A DNA stretch of 64,000 nucleotides from Octopus sinensis (GCF_006345805.1 NC_042998.1:17794001-17858000); one strand, 5' to 3'; positions 14,530-29,399 are shown, numbered from the stretch's first letter. Notes: generated by a model not told the origin, from the letters alone. Numbers and translations are program-made.

Positions 14530-15605
14530 TAATAATATTTAGATATTCTTTTCTAAGCATTTCGCCCGGCGTGCTAACGTTTCTGTCAGCTCGCCGATTG
14601 GGTCGACCCTAGTATGTAAATGGCACTTGATTTATCGACCCCGAAAGGATGAAAGGTAAAGTCGACCTCTGCGGAATTTGAACTCAGAACATAAAGACAG
14701 ACGAAATACCTATTTCTTTACTACCTTCACGGGGCTAAACACGGAGAGGACAAACAAGGAAAGGCAAAGGGATTAAGTCGATTACATCGACCCCAGTGCG
14801 TAACTGGTACTTAATTTATCGACCCCGAAAGGATGGAAGGCAAAGTCGACCTCGGCGGAATTTGAACTCAGAACGTAACGGCAGACGAAATACGGCTACG
14901 CGTTTCGCCCGGCGTGCTAACGTTTCTGCCAGCTCACCGCCTTATAATTATATTTAGATATTTTTTCTACTCTAGGCACAAGGCCCGAGATTTGGGGGGG
15001 AGGGGACCACTCGATTAGATCGACCCCAGTACGCAACTGGTACTTAACTTATCGATTTCCGAAAGGATAAAAGGGGAAGTCGATCTCGTCGGAATTTGAA
15101 CTCAGAACATAAAGACAGACGAAATACCGCTTTGCTAATGTGTCTTATTTCTTTACTCCCCACAAGGGGCTACACACAGAGGGGACAAACAAGGACAGAC
15201 AAACGGATTAAGTCAATTACAATCGATCCAGTGCATAACTGGTATTTAATTTATCGACCCCGAAAGGATGAAAGGCAAAGTCGACCTCGGCGGAATTTGA
15301 ACTCAGAACGTAGCGGCAGACGAAATACGGCTACGCATTTCGTCCGGCATGCTAACGTCTCTGCCAGCTCGCCACCTTATAATTATATTTAGATATATTT
15401 TTCTACTCTAGGCACAAGGGTCGAGATTTTTTTTTGTGGGGGGGACCAGTCGATTAGATCGAGCCCAGTACGCAACTGGTACTTAACTTATCGACCCCCG
15501 AAAGGATGAAAGGCAAAGTCGACCTCGTCGGAATTTGAACTCAGAACGTAAAGACAGACAAAATACCGCTATGCTAACGTCTCTGCCAGCTCGCCACTTT
15601 ATAAT
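14530..15605 (-). repeat. Tandem multimer of SINE family B (about 430 bp composite units)
   Basis: Five repeats of tatcgaccccgaaaggatgaaaggcaaagtcgacctcggcggaatttgaactcagaacg, with ataattatatttagatatt recurring at about 14530, 14946, 15380 and 15600. Confidence 0.85.
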
Positions 15606-16069
15606 TATATTTAGATATTGAGAAACAAAAATTGAATCCAAGTCTCATATTTTAAAGGGAAATAACTTTGAACATCTAATATTAGTAAGTTACTTCCCTT
15701 TATTAATTTTTTTCCTCAGTTTTTCATGTCGTACAGTTACGTAAACATATGGAGTTATTCCAGTATGCATTCATTTCGCGTAACCTTTCAATAAGTCTAC
15801 TGCAAACCATAAGCTCTTCACCTTTCGACTAAGTTTGTTGTTTGCTTAGCTAAAGAAAGTGTGCTTCCTTCTGTCACGCAGCGTATAAATTATAAAGATA
15901 AGCAAGGCTGTGCTGGCTACGTATTGTTTAAACTAAGTTACAGGGAGCAACATGCAGGGAGATATGTGCGACCCACTTCAATTTCATCTCATCTCAGAAA
16001 AATTTATATTTTTTCAATATAGTTTTTCTTCGAATTAATTTTAGATGGTACAGATTCTGATTTTACTCT

Positions 16070-16285
16070 TACTCTTTTACTCTTCCCCTTGTTTCAGTCA
16101 TTTCACTGCGGCCATGCTGGAGCACCGCCTTTAGTCGAGCAAATCGAAAACCGGGTCTTATTCTTTGTAAGCCCAGTACTTATTCTATCGGTCTCTTATG
16201 CCGAACCGTTGTTAAGTGACGGGGACGTAAACACACCAGCATCGTTTGTCAAGCAATGCTAGGGGGGACAAACACAGACACACAA

Positions 16286-16332
<47 letters not shown>

Positions 16333-16487
16333 TACGACAGGCTTCTTTCAGTTTCCGTCTACCAAATCCACTCACAAGGCATTGGTCGACCCGGGGCTAT
16401 AGCAGAAGACACTTGCCCAAGATGCCACGCAGTGGGACTGAACCCGGAACCATGTGGTTGGTTAGCAAGCTACTTACCACACAGCCA
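16070..16487 (-). mobile_element. SINE family A, full length with internal (TA)/(CA) microsatellite
   Basis: Reverse complement of the family A head, core and tail; a partial 3' copy is also at about 11990-12182 (-). Confidence 0.85.
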
Positions 16488-16719
16488 CAAACATTTTTCG
16501 GAGTGCGTAGGAGTTTCGGATAATTCACACGAATCGACGTTTGTTTGTTGATAACTTTGAGAAAACATAGATAATTACTAAAGGAATTTTCATTAAAAGA
16601 CAAAAAAAAAAAAATGCTTTTCGGGTGGCGTAGATTACGATAATATCGGAATTTAATGTAAAAACAAAAATAAACCAAATATGTTGGGCGTGCATATGTA
16701 CATACCTACGCACCACACA

Positions 16720-16762
<43 letters not shown>

Positions 16763-17179
16763 TTTTTTCAAAATTTCAAGTTTCATTTTGTACACACACA
16801 TATATATAAACATACATACATACATACATACATACAAACACACACACACATACATACATACATACATACATACATACATACATACATACATACATACATA
16901 CATACATACATGGTGGCTGCCCCCTCGTTATCGATAACAACATTGATTAAGCTTCATGCAATGCCTGTGCAAGAAGATGTTTTTTAAAGTGAGTAAAGGC
17001 TGTGCACTGAGTCAATCCCACTCACTAAGCAACAGCAGCCATAATCCGAAAAGAACAAGTCAACATCATCGGTAACCACTGGGTTACATGTTACCAGTAG
17101 CACTCGAAATACATACATACATACATACATACATACATACATACATACATACATACATACATACATACATACATACATA

Positions 17180-17575
17180 GGCGCAGGAGTGGCTGTGTGG
17201 TAAGTAGCTTGCATACCAACCACATGGTTCCGGGTTCAGTCCCACGAAGGGGCACCTTGGGCAAGTGTATTCCACTATAGCCTTGGGCCGACCAAAGCCT
17301 TGTGAGTGGATTTGGTAGACGGAAACTGAAAGAAGCTCGTTGTATATACGTATATGTTTGTGTGTGTTTGTGTGACTGTGTTTGTCACCCCAACATCGCT
17401 TGACAACCGATGTGTTTACGTCGCCGTAACCGAGCGGTTCGGCAAAAGCGACTGATAGAAAATGTACTAGGCTTACAAAAAAATAAGTCTTGGGGCCGAT
17501 TTCCTCGACTACAAGGCGGTACTCCAGCATGGCCGCAGTCAAATGACTGAAACAAGTAAAAGAGTACAACAGTAA
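17180..17575 (+). mobile_element. SINE family A
   Basis: Family head and tail, following a (TACA)n tract. Confidence 0.85.
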
Positions 17576-18199
17576 GAGAGAGTTTACATACATACTCAAA
17601 ATTAAACATGGAATTTTGTAAAGATTTGACTATGTGTGTCACTATGTGTGCAAGCCTACCAACTTTTTTTACATACACACATGCACACACGACAACCCTC
17701 TCCACCGTTTCCGTGTACCATATTTACTCACAAACATTGGCCATCATGAGGCTATAGCAGAAACCACTTGACCAAGATGTCGCACATATCGGGCAAGTAC
17801 ACAAATGTCTTTCATTATATCCTACAGTAAGGCGGCGAGCTGGCAAAACTTTAGCCCATCGGGTAAAATCCTTAGCAGCATTTTGTCCGTCTTTATTTTC
17901 TGAGTTCAAATTTCGATGGGGTCGAATTTTTCTATTCATGATCAGCTATACCCGATTTATCAATATCTCCTCATGTCACAGCTTTGCGATGTTCCTCTAC
18001 CCTTATTTTGAGGGGGCGGCATGTTTCGCCTTTGTATAACCTACCACAGCTACATGGGATGGAGTCCACGCAGTCTTTCGTCATATTCTCTTCTATTGGT
18101 GGTTTTACCTGAAGGAGACATTTGCTTCGCCAGTCTCAGAAGATCTATAAAACGGTCATAAGAGTAGTGCTTTCTTCTCTGATTCAGTACACTTTGTCG

Positions 18200-18406
18200 T
18201 CTGTTATACACGGTTTCAATGGAGACTACCTCCCCCTGTGGGATGAAGTTAAAATAATAGACAGAGAATACCAATGGAAAATACGAAAACTAAAAGAAGC
18301 AGCACATATGCTAGGACACAACAACCTCCTAAGCAGACAGAGTGCTGATATGAATAGCATATGGGAACTGGTGTTAAGGAAGGATAGAAAAATATTAGAG
18401 TTATAA
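18200..18406 (+). mobile_element. Penelope-like GIY-YIG endonuclease C-terminal fragment
   Basis: GDYLPLWDEVKIIDRE.QWKIRKLKEAAH...LSRQSADMNSIW resembles the W..V.I.DRE...RK.KEA tail of PLE endonucleases. Confidence 0.55.
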
Positions 18407-19860
18407 GCCCTTAAAATTCACTCCTTTCGGTGTCGATAAAAATAAATACCAGCTGAACACCGGAATCGATGTAATCCATTTATCCCGTTCCCGAATTTGT
18501 GCCCAAATGTGAAACCATTATATCCTTTGGCATGTGACTGAGGAACGAGCGTCTTCACCACACTGGTTTACGAGTAATTTGTTATGAGTTTTATTTCTTT
18601 AGCTCTGGACATTTTTATAATTATCATTATTTAATCAGTGGGCCTTAGTTTTCGCTCACCGAAATAGTTTGATGGATTATTTAATTAAATCTATAAAATG
18701 TTATGTTCATTATGAAGTAAAACAAAATAATTAAACGATTAGATAATTAAGATGAAAGGGGTCAGTTTTAATCGGGTATATACGCCTTAATCATCTTATC
18801 CGAAACGGATTTATTCATTCAAATACTCTTGTTAAAGTCTCTATTTTTCACCCCTTTTACAACAAACCCCACCATCCATTTATATCTAACTGAAAAGTCT
18901 TTCAAAGACACACGATCTGCCAGAAATAGCAACCGAATCTCCTTAAAATCGCTTCTTACCATCTTAGATATGAGATGTTCAGTTTCGAAAACGATGTCGA
19001 ACATAACTCTAAAACAACAGGTAGTGCGCGACCGGAAAACCTTTATTCATAAATTAGTTCGATACGTGTTGATCTTGAGTCAACCAACAATAAAAGTAAT
19101 CATAAAACACAACCTCTTCATCGCACAATCTAAAAGAAAAAAGAAGAAATTCGTAAAAATTTTTAATTATTTTACTTTAATTGCTCGACAATACTTTGCT
19201 AAGGAAAGTATTTGCAATTTCGATTCTGGATCGATATTTGTATCACTCAACATGACATATACGTCTGAAAAATTAAGTCTGGTGCATGCTAAGGATATTA
19301 AAATATATCCTCCTGTCTTTTTATGTGTTTTCGATATCTAACAAAAAAATGACATTCTCCGATTTTAACTTCATTGTTTGAAATTCATTATACGGAGTCA
19401 TTTGGACAAAAGCCAATAACCAATTTTAGATTTTTTATTTTTTTTTTTTTTGCAGAAATCTTAATGTTATAATGTTCAATTCTCTTCGTTGTCTACGATA
19501 ATTTTGCAATAGTTATTCTTAATATGTCCAAGTACAAATAAATTAAACATTCTTATCAGTAAACTCCAAACGGTTGTATGAAGAACAAACAAGCAAAGGG
19601 TAACATTATAAATAAAACGGGATAATGAGATAATCAATTTTATTTTGAGAGATGAAACACAACAGATTTAAACATTCCGGATTTAGTCCAACTCAAGGAC
19701 AAAATGAAACAAAAGGAGAAAAGAGGGAAAAAAAGAGTGAAAAAAAGAAATCAACAGAATTATAACAGGAAATCATTATTTTACTATATCGCTACATTGA
19801 ATTAATAATCTTCGACTTCAGGTGTTGTGGATGTTATGAATCGACTGTTATCACCACCTT

Positions 19861-20736
19861 GCGTAGCTAGAGTGTGTGCCACCCGGAGTGGACCTTCCAA
19901 TTGCCGCCCCTAGATCCCACAAAAACCACATATTTCCTACAGCAGATCCAAAAGAACCACCCCTTTAAAAGTGCCGCCCGTGGCGGACCGTCCCTGCAGC
20001 TCTCACCCTCCAGCTACACTAGTGTTATCAACAACCAGCGTAGCTAGAGTATGTGCCGCCCGGAGTGGACCTTCCAATTGCGAGCCCTAGACCCCACAAA
20101 AACCATATATTGCTTACAGCAGATCCAAAAGTACCACCCCTTTAAAAGTGCCGCCCGTGGCGGACCGTCCCTGCAGCTCTCACCCTCCAGCTACACTAGT
20201 GTTATCAACAACCAGCGTAGCTAGAGTGTGTGCCACCCGGGATGGACCTTCCAATTGCCGCCCCTAGACCACACAAAAAGTCACATATTGCCTACAGCAG
20301 ACCCAAAAGAACCGCCCCTTTAAAAGTGCCGCCCGTGGCGGACCGCCCCTGCAACTCCCTCCCTCCAGCTACACTAGTGTTATCAACAACCAGCGTAGCT
20401 AGAGTATGTGCCGCCCGGGGTGGACCTTCCAATTGCCGCCCCTAGACCACACAAAAAGTCACATATTGCCTACAGCAGACCCAAAAGTACCACCCCTTTA
20501 AAAGTGCCGTCCGTGGCGGACCGTCCCTGCAGCTCTCACCCTCCAGCTACACTAGTGTTATCAACAATCAGCGTAGCTAGAGTGTGTGCCACCCGGGATG
20601 GACCTTCCAATTGCCGCCCCTAGACCCCACAAAAAAATCACATACTTCCTACAGCAGACCCAAAAGAACCGCCCCTTTAAAAGTGCCGCCCGTGGCGGAC
20701 CGCCCCTGCAACTCCCACCCTCCAGCTACACTAGTG
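19861..20736 (+). repeat. GC-rich tandem array of 5 x 177-178 bp MITE-like units
   Basis: Units start at 19861, 20038, 20215, 20393 and 20571. Each begins gcgtagctagag, ends ctccagctacactag (imperfect inverted termini) and is joined by tgttatcaacaacca. Confidence 0.95.
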
Positions 20737-21492
20737 AAATCACCAGAATCCTACTGAAAATTTCTGTTCGTATTTCCCATGTTACTACCTTCTTGTGTGA
20801 AGGCGCGTGGCTTAGTGGTTAGGGGCATTCGGCTCACGATCGTATGGTCATGAGTTCGTTTCCCGGCGGCGAGTTGTGTCCTTGAGCAAGTCACTTTATT
20901 TCACGTTGCTCTATTCCACTCAGCTGGCAAAAATGAGAAGTACCTGTATTTCAAAGGGCCAGCTATTGGTTTCTGTGTATTGCTATTGGTTTCCGTGTAG
21001 TTTATCGCTAATTCAATCTGATCGAGCAAAGCGTTTCAGCCATGCCCTTGTAATTTCTTTTCCAACGTGTTGTTTGTTCCTTCTCAAGCCAAGCTTGGCT
21101 CACAAGAGCCGGTTTCCCGGTTTCGTTGGCGTGTAGGTTCCCCACCTGGACAGGATGCCGGTCCGTCTCAGGTAAGCTGCAAGATGCATGAGGAGAGAAT
21201 GAGAGAAAGTTGTGACGAAAGAGTCAGCAGAATTTTGCCATTAACTTAAGTGTTTCGCTTATAGACAAACACATCACCCGGTCTGAGATTCGAACCCGCG
21301 ATCCCTCGACCGCGAGTCCGCTGCTCTAACCACTAGGTCATTTACCTCCACCTTTTCCAATATAACACTACATTATCCAATACATCCTTACTGGACCAGC
21401 CTTGACTGCGCTAATTTTTTATCGAAGACGTTTTAGTAGAGACAGTCATATTCTAGGAATGCGTTATCCAGTGTCCGTCTTTTATTTATTTA

Positions 21493-21954
21493 CCGTAAAT
21501 CCTCGACTAGTGGGCTGTACTTCTGAAAAGCCTAAACCTTGTGTTTAATACGCACCCCTTCTCTAACTTGAGTCGTGCGTAATTAAGCCAGCAGCACCGC
21601 GCATGCATAATACAATAATGGTGATGTTCTTAACTGTTATATGGGAATGTAAATATGTTTGCACATTGTTTTTGTTACATGTTATTGTGTTCTGAATACT
21701 TTTATTTTAATAAATCTTGCTTACTGCAAGTTATGGATGATTCTTTTATGACTTCATTGCTTTCAGGCTTAGCTTACGGTATTTTCGCGCCCGACATCAC
21801 AAAATGCGTTTGAATAAACATTGCTGGACAGCAAATAGAGACTCGGACATTGTTTAGAAAATATTTTTCATTTTTAACCTCGTATATAGTGCGCCCTAGG
21901 GATTTTGACCTTTAACTTTTGGAAAAAATGCGGATTATACTCGAGGATTTACGG
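21493..21954. mobile_element. Tc2/pogo-like MITE, second copy with an internal deletion
   Basis: ta|ccgtaaatcctcga ... tcgaggatttacgg|ta; the body is the reverse complement of 13394-13906. Confidence 0.8.
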
Positions 21955-22968
21955 TACTTTTTTTATCTACTTATTAATTTTCAAGTCTAATGCATATAAT
22001 TTCTGTGCGACTTTTTGGCTTGCAAGTAGATATTTCAATGCTCACTAGTAGACTCATGAGAAATTGTTATGGTAAACAGAATATAAGATTTCCTTTCCTT
22101 CTCTTTCCAACTAATTAGTCTTTGTAATCTTGTCGATACTAAAAAGCAATGAAAAAAAAGTAGCTCGGACACTCAGAAACATACGTTTATTGTAACAAGA
22201 GATAATTATAAAGATAAGACGAGGCAAGAGTCAAAGAAAAACAAAATATCCTTTAATCTCATCACATTAGCAAATCCAGCTTCGTTATACGTCGACTGCG
22301 TTCCCATCACCCTTTAAACGTGAGCTCTTCAAAACTACATTGAACGTGGATCTTATCACGTTGACGAGAGGGGAAAACAACTCTCGTTTAATTTCCACTG
22401 GTTCTTAGCATAATTAACTTGAAAAAAAAAAGGTGAATGAGAAAATGAGAGAAATCTATCCTTTTTTACCAGCTGACACATATTTACTATCATTAGTGGA
22501 AGTGATCAGCAATAAATTTGAGTTAGATCTAGCACTAATTGAACAAAAAGCGATAAAAATAGCAATTTTCATGGAAACAAAAAAAGTTTGCACTTGGATC
22601 TTGGCAAAAGTCGAAATGAAATAAACCAATTATGAAGATAAAAATAAAAATGGAAATAAATATTAGAAAATCTAATTACTACAATGATTAATTACACATT
22701 GTTTAAGAAAAACGTTTCGTTATTATTATTATTATTTTTTTTTTTTGTTCTTTTCCAAATGTCAATGAGTGCATGTCACGCGGTGTGTATCAATGTATGT
22801 GTGACAGTGGTTGTGGCGATGTCCATTTTTGTACAAAGCTATTTCTGAAAATTTTCATTCAGTTCATCGAAGAAGCAGTGTGTGTGTGTGTGTACAGGAA
22901 AAATAAATAGAAGTCGAATATGCATTGAAAATAATAAGAATATTTTTTCATTAATATATTTAAAGCTT

Positions 22969-23575
22969 CAAGGCGACGAGCTAGCAGAATCGTTAGCACG
23001 CCGGGCGAAGTGCTTAGCAGTATTTCGTCTGCCGCTACCTTCTGAGTTCAAATTCCGCCGAGGTCGACCTTGTCTTTCATCCTTTCGGGGTCGATAAATT
23101 AAGTACCAGTTACGCACTGGGGTCGATATAATCGACTAAATCCGCTTGTCTTTCCTTGTTTGTGCTCTCTGTGTGTAGCCCCTTGTGGGCAGTAAAGAAA
23201 TAGGTATTTCGTCTGCCGCTATGTTCTGAGTTCAAATTCCGCCGAGGTCGACTTTGCCCTTCATCCTCTCGGGGTCGATAAATTAAGTACCAGTTACGCA
23301 CTGGGATTGATGTAATCGACTTAATCCCTTTGTCTGTCCTTGTTTGTTCCCTCTGTCTTTAGCCCCTTGTGGGCAATAAAGAAATAAAAAACGTTAGCAC
23401 GGCGGGTAAAATGCTTAGCGATATTTCTTTTGTCTTTACTTTCTGAGTTCAAATTCCGCCGAGGTCGACTTTGCCTTTCATCCTTTCGGGGTTCGATAAA
23501 TTAAGGACCGATTGCGTATCGAGGTCGATCTAATCGACTAGCCTCCTCCCCAAAATTTCAGGTTTTGTGCCTATA
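22969..23575 (+). mobile_element. SINE family B trimeric/composite copy
   Basis: aggcgacgagctagcagaatcgttagcacgccgggcg head and three ttctgagttcaaattccgccgaggtcgac modules. Further copies are at about 17830-17945 (+), 51010-51420 (-), 54205-54440 (-), 60335-60520 (-) and 61520-61725 (-). Confidence 0.85.
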
Positions 23576-24137
23576 GTAGAAAAGAATATATTTAAAACTT
23601 TAACCGGTTTCATAGTTAACACTGATTTTCACAAAAGTTGAAATAGAAAGATATGGCTTATATTGCAGCTCTCTTGTTTCTGTTTTTCTTCATTTGGCAC
23701 CCAGGCCATAACGTAGAGGAAACAGCACAAGAACAGACAGAACACTTCTGTGGGGACGTGAATTGGCAAATTGGTTTTCCATTTCAGCGAAAACATTCAA
23801 ATCTCTAGATATGTATTTGTTACAAAAATTTTCAGATTTTAAGTATAATCACCACCGCATTTATTCTCCACAAAAAAGGTAAATTCAGAAACACACAGGC
23901 CTTAGCACATTGGCTGAGTGATACTTTAGTACACCGAATAATTCACACTCGTATATGCACCCTGCTACGAGAAGGAAATTTAATGAGTATTCTCTTATCA
24001 ATTTAATGTAATTTACACCCTGATTCACACAATATATAGGAATGCAAACACAATACTCATTTGTAAATATGCTTACAAACAGACATAAACACATGCCTAA
24101 TGAACAAACACGCACACATGTGTGTGTTATGCGTGTT

Positions 24138-24176
<39 letters not shown>

Positions 24177-24838
24177 TGGTGTGGTGTGTGTGTGTGTGTG
24201 TGTGTGGTGTGTGTGTGTGTGTGTGTGGTGTGTGTGTGTATACACGTACACAGATAATATATAGCCAGTAGACAGTGTTGTCGCCTATGAAACTTGCATG
24301 TGTCTATCCTTTGCGTCGTCGAAATAAGATTTGTAGATTCTTGACATCTATATTGAAGTCCCTTATCGCTTCATGTAACCTAGTGCATTTGGCTTCTTAT
24401 TTTAAAAGTGCATTTGGCTTCTTATTTATATCGATGTAGTATTTTCTTTCTTTTCTTCTTTACTTATAAACTAGTATCCGCTTTATATATTAGTGTGTTG
24501 TGTTAGCATTTTATGAATATATTCTAGAATTCTCTTTGCAAGAGGTCTCACAAACTTGCTTTATATAAAAGTAAATATTTAAACAAATATTTTATACAAC
24601 ATAATATTCAAACCCAAAACACAGACATGTGTGGCTTTATTGTTATTATTATACATACGTAATACATACATACATACATACTTACATACATACATATATG
24701 CATGTATATGTATATTATATATATATATATTATATATATATATATGTGTGTGTGTGGTGTGTGTGTTGTGTGTGTGTGTGTTGTGTGTGTGTTGGTGTGC
24801 GTGTGAGTGTGAGTGGTGTGTGTGTATGTGTTTGTGTG

Positions 24839-24897
<59 letters not shown>

Positions 24898-25367
24898 CAC
24901 GTACACAGATAAATATATAGCCAGTTAGACAGTTGTTGTCGCCTATGAAACTTGCATGTGTCTATCACCTTTGCGTCGTCGAAATAAGATTTGTAGATTC
25001 TTGACATCTATATTGAAGTCCCTTATCGCTTCATGTAACCTAGTGCATTTGGCTTCTTATTTTAAAAGTGCATTTGGCTTCTTATTTATGTATCGATGTA
25101 GTATTTTCTTTCTTTTCTTCTTTACTTATAAACTAGTATCCGCTTTATATATTAGTGTGTGTGTTAGCATTTTATGAATATATTCTAGAATTCTCTTTGC
25201 AAGAGGTCTCACAAACTTGCTTCTATATAAAAGTAAATATTTAAACAAATATTTTATACATACATAATATTCAAACCCAAAACACAGACATGTGTGGCTT
25301 TATTGTTATTATACATACGTACATACATACATACATACATACTTACATACATATATGCATGTATATG

Positions 25368-25527
<160 letters not shown>

Positions 25528-26048
25528 CTGAAATGGTTTACTTATACATTTGAATAAAACCTTTGTTACAATGTTCGCAACCATGTATAAATGTGTGTAA
25601 ATATGAAACCATATATGCAAATAGTTGTATATATGTGTATATATTATATATATATGCGCGTGTGTGTGTGTGTGTGAGTAAATACATCTTGTATTATATA
25701 TAGATATTTGTATCTACATGTGTGTGTATCCGCTCGTGCCCGTTTCCATATGAATCAAATATACAAGAGTATTTGTGCGAATTTCTTTGCACATCAACAA
25801 TCGCAGATAAATTTGTAAGAATCTTGTCTGGAAACACATATAAATGTACATTTTGGGTTCGTTTCATTTTTTTATTATTCCTTTTTTTTTCATATACATC
25901 CCAAAAAAAACGTTCTTTTTATTTATTTTGTTTATTTTTATACCGTTCAATTTTTATTATATCTACCTCAAATTCTTACAACACATGTACAAGACTAGAA
26001 TTATTCCATAACATCTTTCGTTGATATAAATACGCACACTAATATAAC

Positions 26049-26131
<83 letters not shown>

Positions 26132-26198
26132 ATTTATATACCTACACACATATATATAATATGTATGTAGGTATATAAAACACACACACACACATACT

Positions 26199-26248
<50 letters not shown>

Positions 26249-26257
26249 TTATATACC

Positions 26258-26291
<34 letters not shown>

Positions 26292-26312
26292 TATATATAT
26301 ATGTATTTATAC

Positions 26313-26345
<33 letters not shown>

Positions 26346-26497
26346 ATACATACATATATATGCATGTATATGTATACATATATATGTACATATACATATA
26401 TATACATATATATATATGTATGTATACATACATATATATATATGATATGCAATATATTATATACATACATACATATATGTATGTGTGTGTACATATA

Positions 26498-26530
<33 letters not shown>

Positions 26531-26950
26531 TATATATATGTATATATGTATATATATATATTTGTACATATATATGTAATCTATTGGAAGCGGTGATAAG
26601 ATGTAGAAGGTTGTTCTTTATGAATGTACCAATTTATATAGGTTTTATATACATACATATATATTTCTTTCCAATTCATTTCACAATTTTAAGATGCAAA
26701 AATTTGGTCATAACATCATATTATATCAGTTATTTTTTTCTTCACCTGAAATTTATTGTATCAATATCTACATACATTTAATATATATTTATAAGCGCAG
26801 AAACATATGCCAGTTATCAATTTAAATGTTTTTATTAAACAGATGTTTAAGCGAATCCTTTTCATTGACATCGGGTTTTATTGGACTGTTGTGTGATGTC
26901 TACAAAAATACAGTTTATTCACTCTTTATATATATTATATATATATATAT

Positions 26951-26985
<35 letters not shown>

Positions 26986-27118
26986 GTATGTATGTATATG
27001 TGTGTATATATATATTATATATATATAATATATATTAAGAGAGAGAGAAAGAAGAAAGAAACTCTGTATGTTATTCATACATACATAATACATACATACA
27101 CATATATATAATATATTC

Positions 27119-27188
<70 letters not shown>

Positions 27189-27587
27189 GGAGCAGGAGTG
27201 GCTGTATGGTAAGTAGCTTGCTAACCAACCACATGGTTCCGGGTTCAGTCCCACTGCGTGACATCTTGGGCAAGTGTCTTCTGCTATAGCCCCGGGCCGA
27301 CCAATGCTTGTGAGTGGATTTGGTAGATGGAAAACTGAAAGAAACCTGTCGTATACATATATATATATATACATATATATATATGTATGTGTGGGTATGT
27401 TTGTGTGTCTATGTTTGTCTCCCCAGCATTGCTTGACAATCAATGCTGGTGTGTTTACGACCCCGTCACTTAGCGGTTCGGCAAAAGAGACCGATAGAAT
27501 AAGTACTGGGTCGATTTGCTCGACTAAAGGCGGTGCTCCAGCATGGCCACAGTCACATGACTGAAACAAGTAAAAGAGTAAAAGAGT
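27189..27587 (+). mobile_element. SINE family A
   Basis: Family head and tail, embedded in (TA)n. Confidence 0.85.
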
Positions 27588-27611
27588 ATTATTATATATA
27601 TATATATATAT

Positions 27612-27671
<60 letters not shown>

Positions 27672-28105
27672 GATAGATAGATATGTATTTATGCATATAT
27701 GTGAGTGTTTATACATATACACATATACATGTGTATATGTGCGTGTATGCGCGTATGAGCGTGGTGTATTTATGGACTTATTTATAAGTGTGTGTGCGCA
27801 CGTGTGTGTATACCTACGTACATGAGTATGTACACACCTACATTATGCGTGCATACATAAATACATACATACATTTAAACGTTCTATTTCTTAATTCTTG
27901 ATTTTAATTAATGTAATCTTAGTTATATTCACACATGCACAGATACTTAGATTGAAGTTATCTCAAAAATATATACAAATTCGGTATACTTCCTTATTAC
28001 AACAAAACCAAATATGAACTCCCTCATCTCTTCAGAGTAAACCATAGTCGTACTATCTAACCACGTTGTAAGAAGACAATAATTGAACGGTAAGTTTATA
28101 AATTA

Positions 28106-28497
28106 TACTAGCAGTATCGCCCGGCGTTGCTCGGGTTTGTAAGGGAAATAACTATATAAGCATTTTTAGAGAGTTATAGCCAAAAGATAGCAAAAAAATT
28201 CATTAAAAATGGAAAAAAAATTATGGTAAGTTTTTAAAAAATCATCGTAGACATTTTTAGAGAGTTACTTCCCTTATATAATAGCGAAAAAATGCATTAA
28301 AATGGAAAAAAATTATGGTAAATTATTTTTTAAATCGTAGACTCATCGTAGACTCATCGTAGACGCGCGTTAATATCCAGAAGGGCTCGATATGAAACAC
28401 GACTATAAGATACCCGGTTTTGGTTAAACTGCACCGCAAAATGTGGGAGTAGTTAGGAATCTAAATCGTAGGAGACTTAACTTTTATATATAAAGAT
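28106..28497 (+). mobile_element. Helentron/Helitron-like non-autonomous element, same family
   Basis: tactagcagtatcgcccggcgttgctcgggtttgtaagg ... cttttatatataaagat; highly similar to the reverse complement of 10358-10760. Confidence 0.7.
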
Positions 28498-29086
28498 ATC
28501 TATGTGTGTATGTTCAAAGTTTTACAAAGAATTGTAGATTCATTTCAGCCGATTTTACTAATAGGTTTCACACACTATTCTGTGGGGAATCCGAAACGGC
28601 GCTCATCAGAAGAGTTGGTTTGAAAAGTTTGGCGACGGCTCTCTATCACTGGAGGTTGTGGAGAGTTTCACATGGCTTGTGGGTGCTGTGAAAACCGGAC
28701 TGAAAACTTGTACGAGAAGTTCAAAAGGGAATTCGTCTAGAGTTATACCCTTTGCTCAAATTTTGCTGCTATTTAGGATTTAAGCTTGGATGCAGGTGAT
28801 ATGGGGTTGATAAGTGGCATGGGAAGAGATAGAACGAGGTGAATGGATATGTATGTGTATATGTGCATGTGTGTTTACACATATAATAATGGTGCAGTAC
28901 GCAGGTATCTAAGCACATATTTCCACTCGCGTTGGTATGTTCGGAAAATATTATTTTACAGATTAGGTAGGTGTCCAGGTGAAGAGAGTTCGTTAGCATA
29001 CTTATTTTGTCAGTTAAGCATACTCTGGACCTCCTCTTGCGTTGCTATTAAAGTAATACTTGAACCTCTCCATTACTCTCGACTTG

Positions 29087-29390
29087 TGGAGGCACATGGC
29101 CTAGTGGTTAGAGCAGCGGACTCGCGGTCGCGGGATCGCCGGTTCGAATCTCAGACCGAGTGATGTGTGTGTTAATTAGCGAAAACACCTAAGCTCCACG
29201 CGGCTCCGGCAGAAATTAATGGCGAACTTCTGCTGACTCTTTCGCCACAAATTTCTCTCAGTTTTTCCTCCTGCATCTCGCAGCTCACCTGCGACGGACC
29301 GGCGTCCCGTCCAGGTGGGGAACTTATACGCCAGGGAAACCGGGAAACCGGCCCTTATGAGCCAGATGTGGCCCGAGAAGGGAGAAACAG
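29087..29390 (+). mobile_element. tRNA-derived SINE family C
   Basis: tRNA-like head ggaggcacatggcctagtggttagagcagcggactcgcggtcgcgggatcgccggttcgaatctc. Related copies are at about 20803-21000 (+), 21055-21352 (-), 33772-34078 (+), 46575-46812 (-), 47730-48120 (-) and 50637-51005 (+). Confidence 0.8.
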
Positions 29391-29399
29391 AATTACTCT

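Noticed and set aside
18829-19341. 170-aa ORF
   Set aside because: No recognisable domain, AT-rich composition, and it lies in repeat-like sequence; probably a chance ORF.
19861-20736. CRISPR-like regular spacing
   Set aside because: Whole units are near-identical with no unique spacers, there are no cas genes, and the context is eukaryotic.
28500-28760. WFEKFGDGSLSLE, mariner N-terminal-like text
   Set aside because: A short, isolated, heavily decayed match with no TIR; noted only.
29087-29160. tRNA-like sequence
   Set aside because: It is the head of a multi-copy SINE that continues into a non-tRNA body; no proper cloverleaf or terminator.
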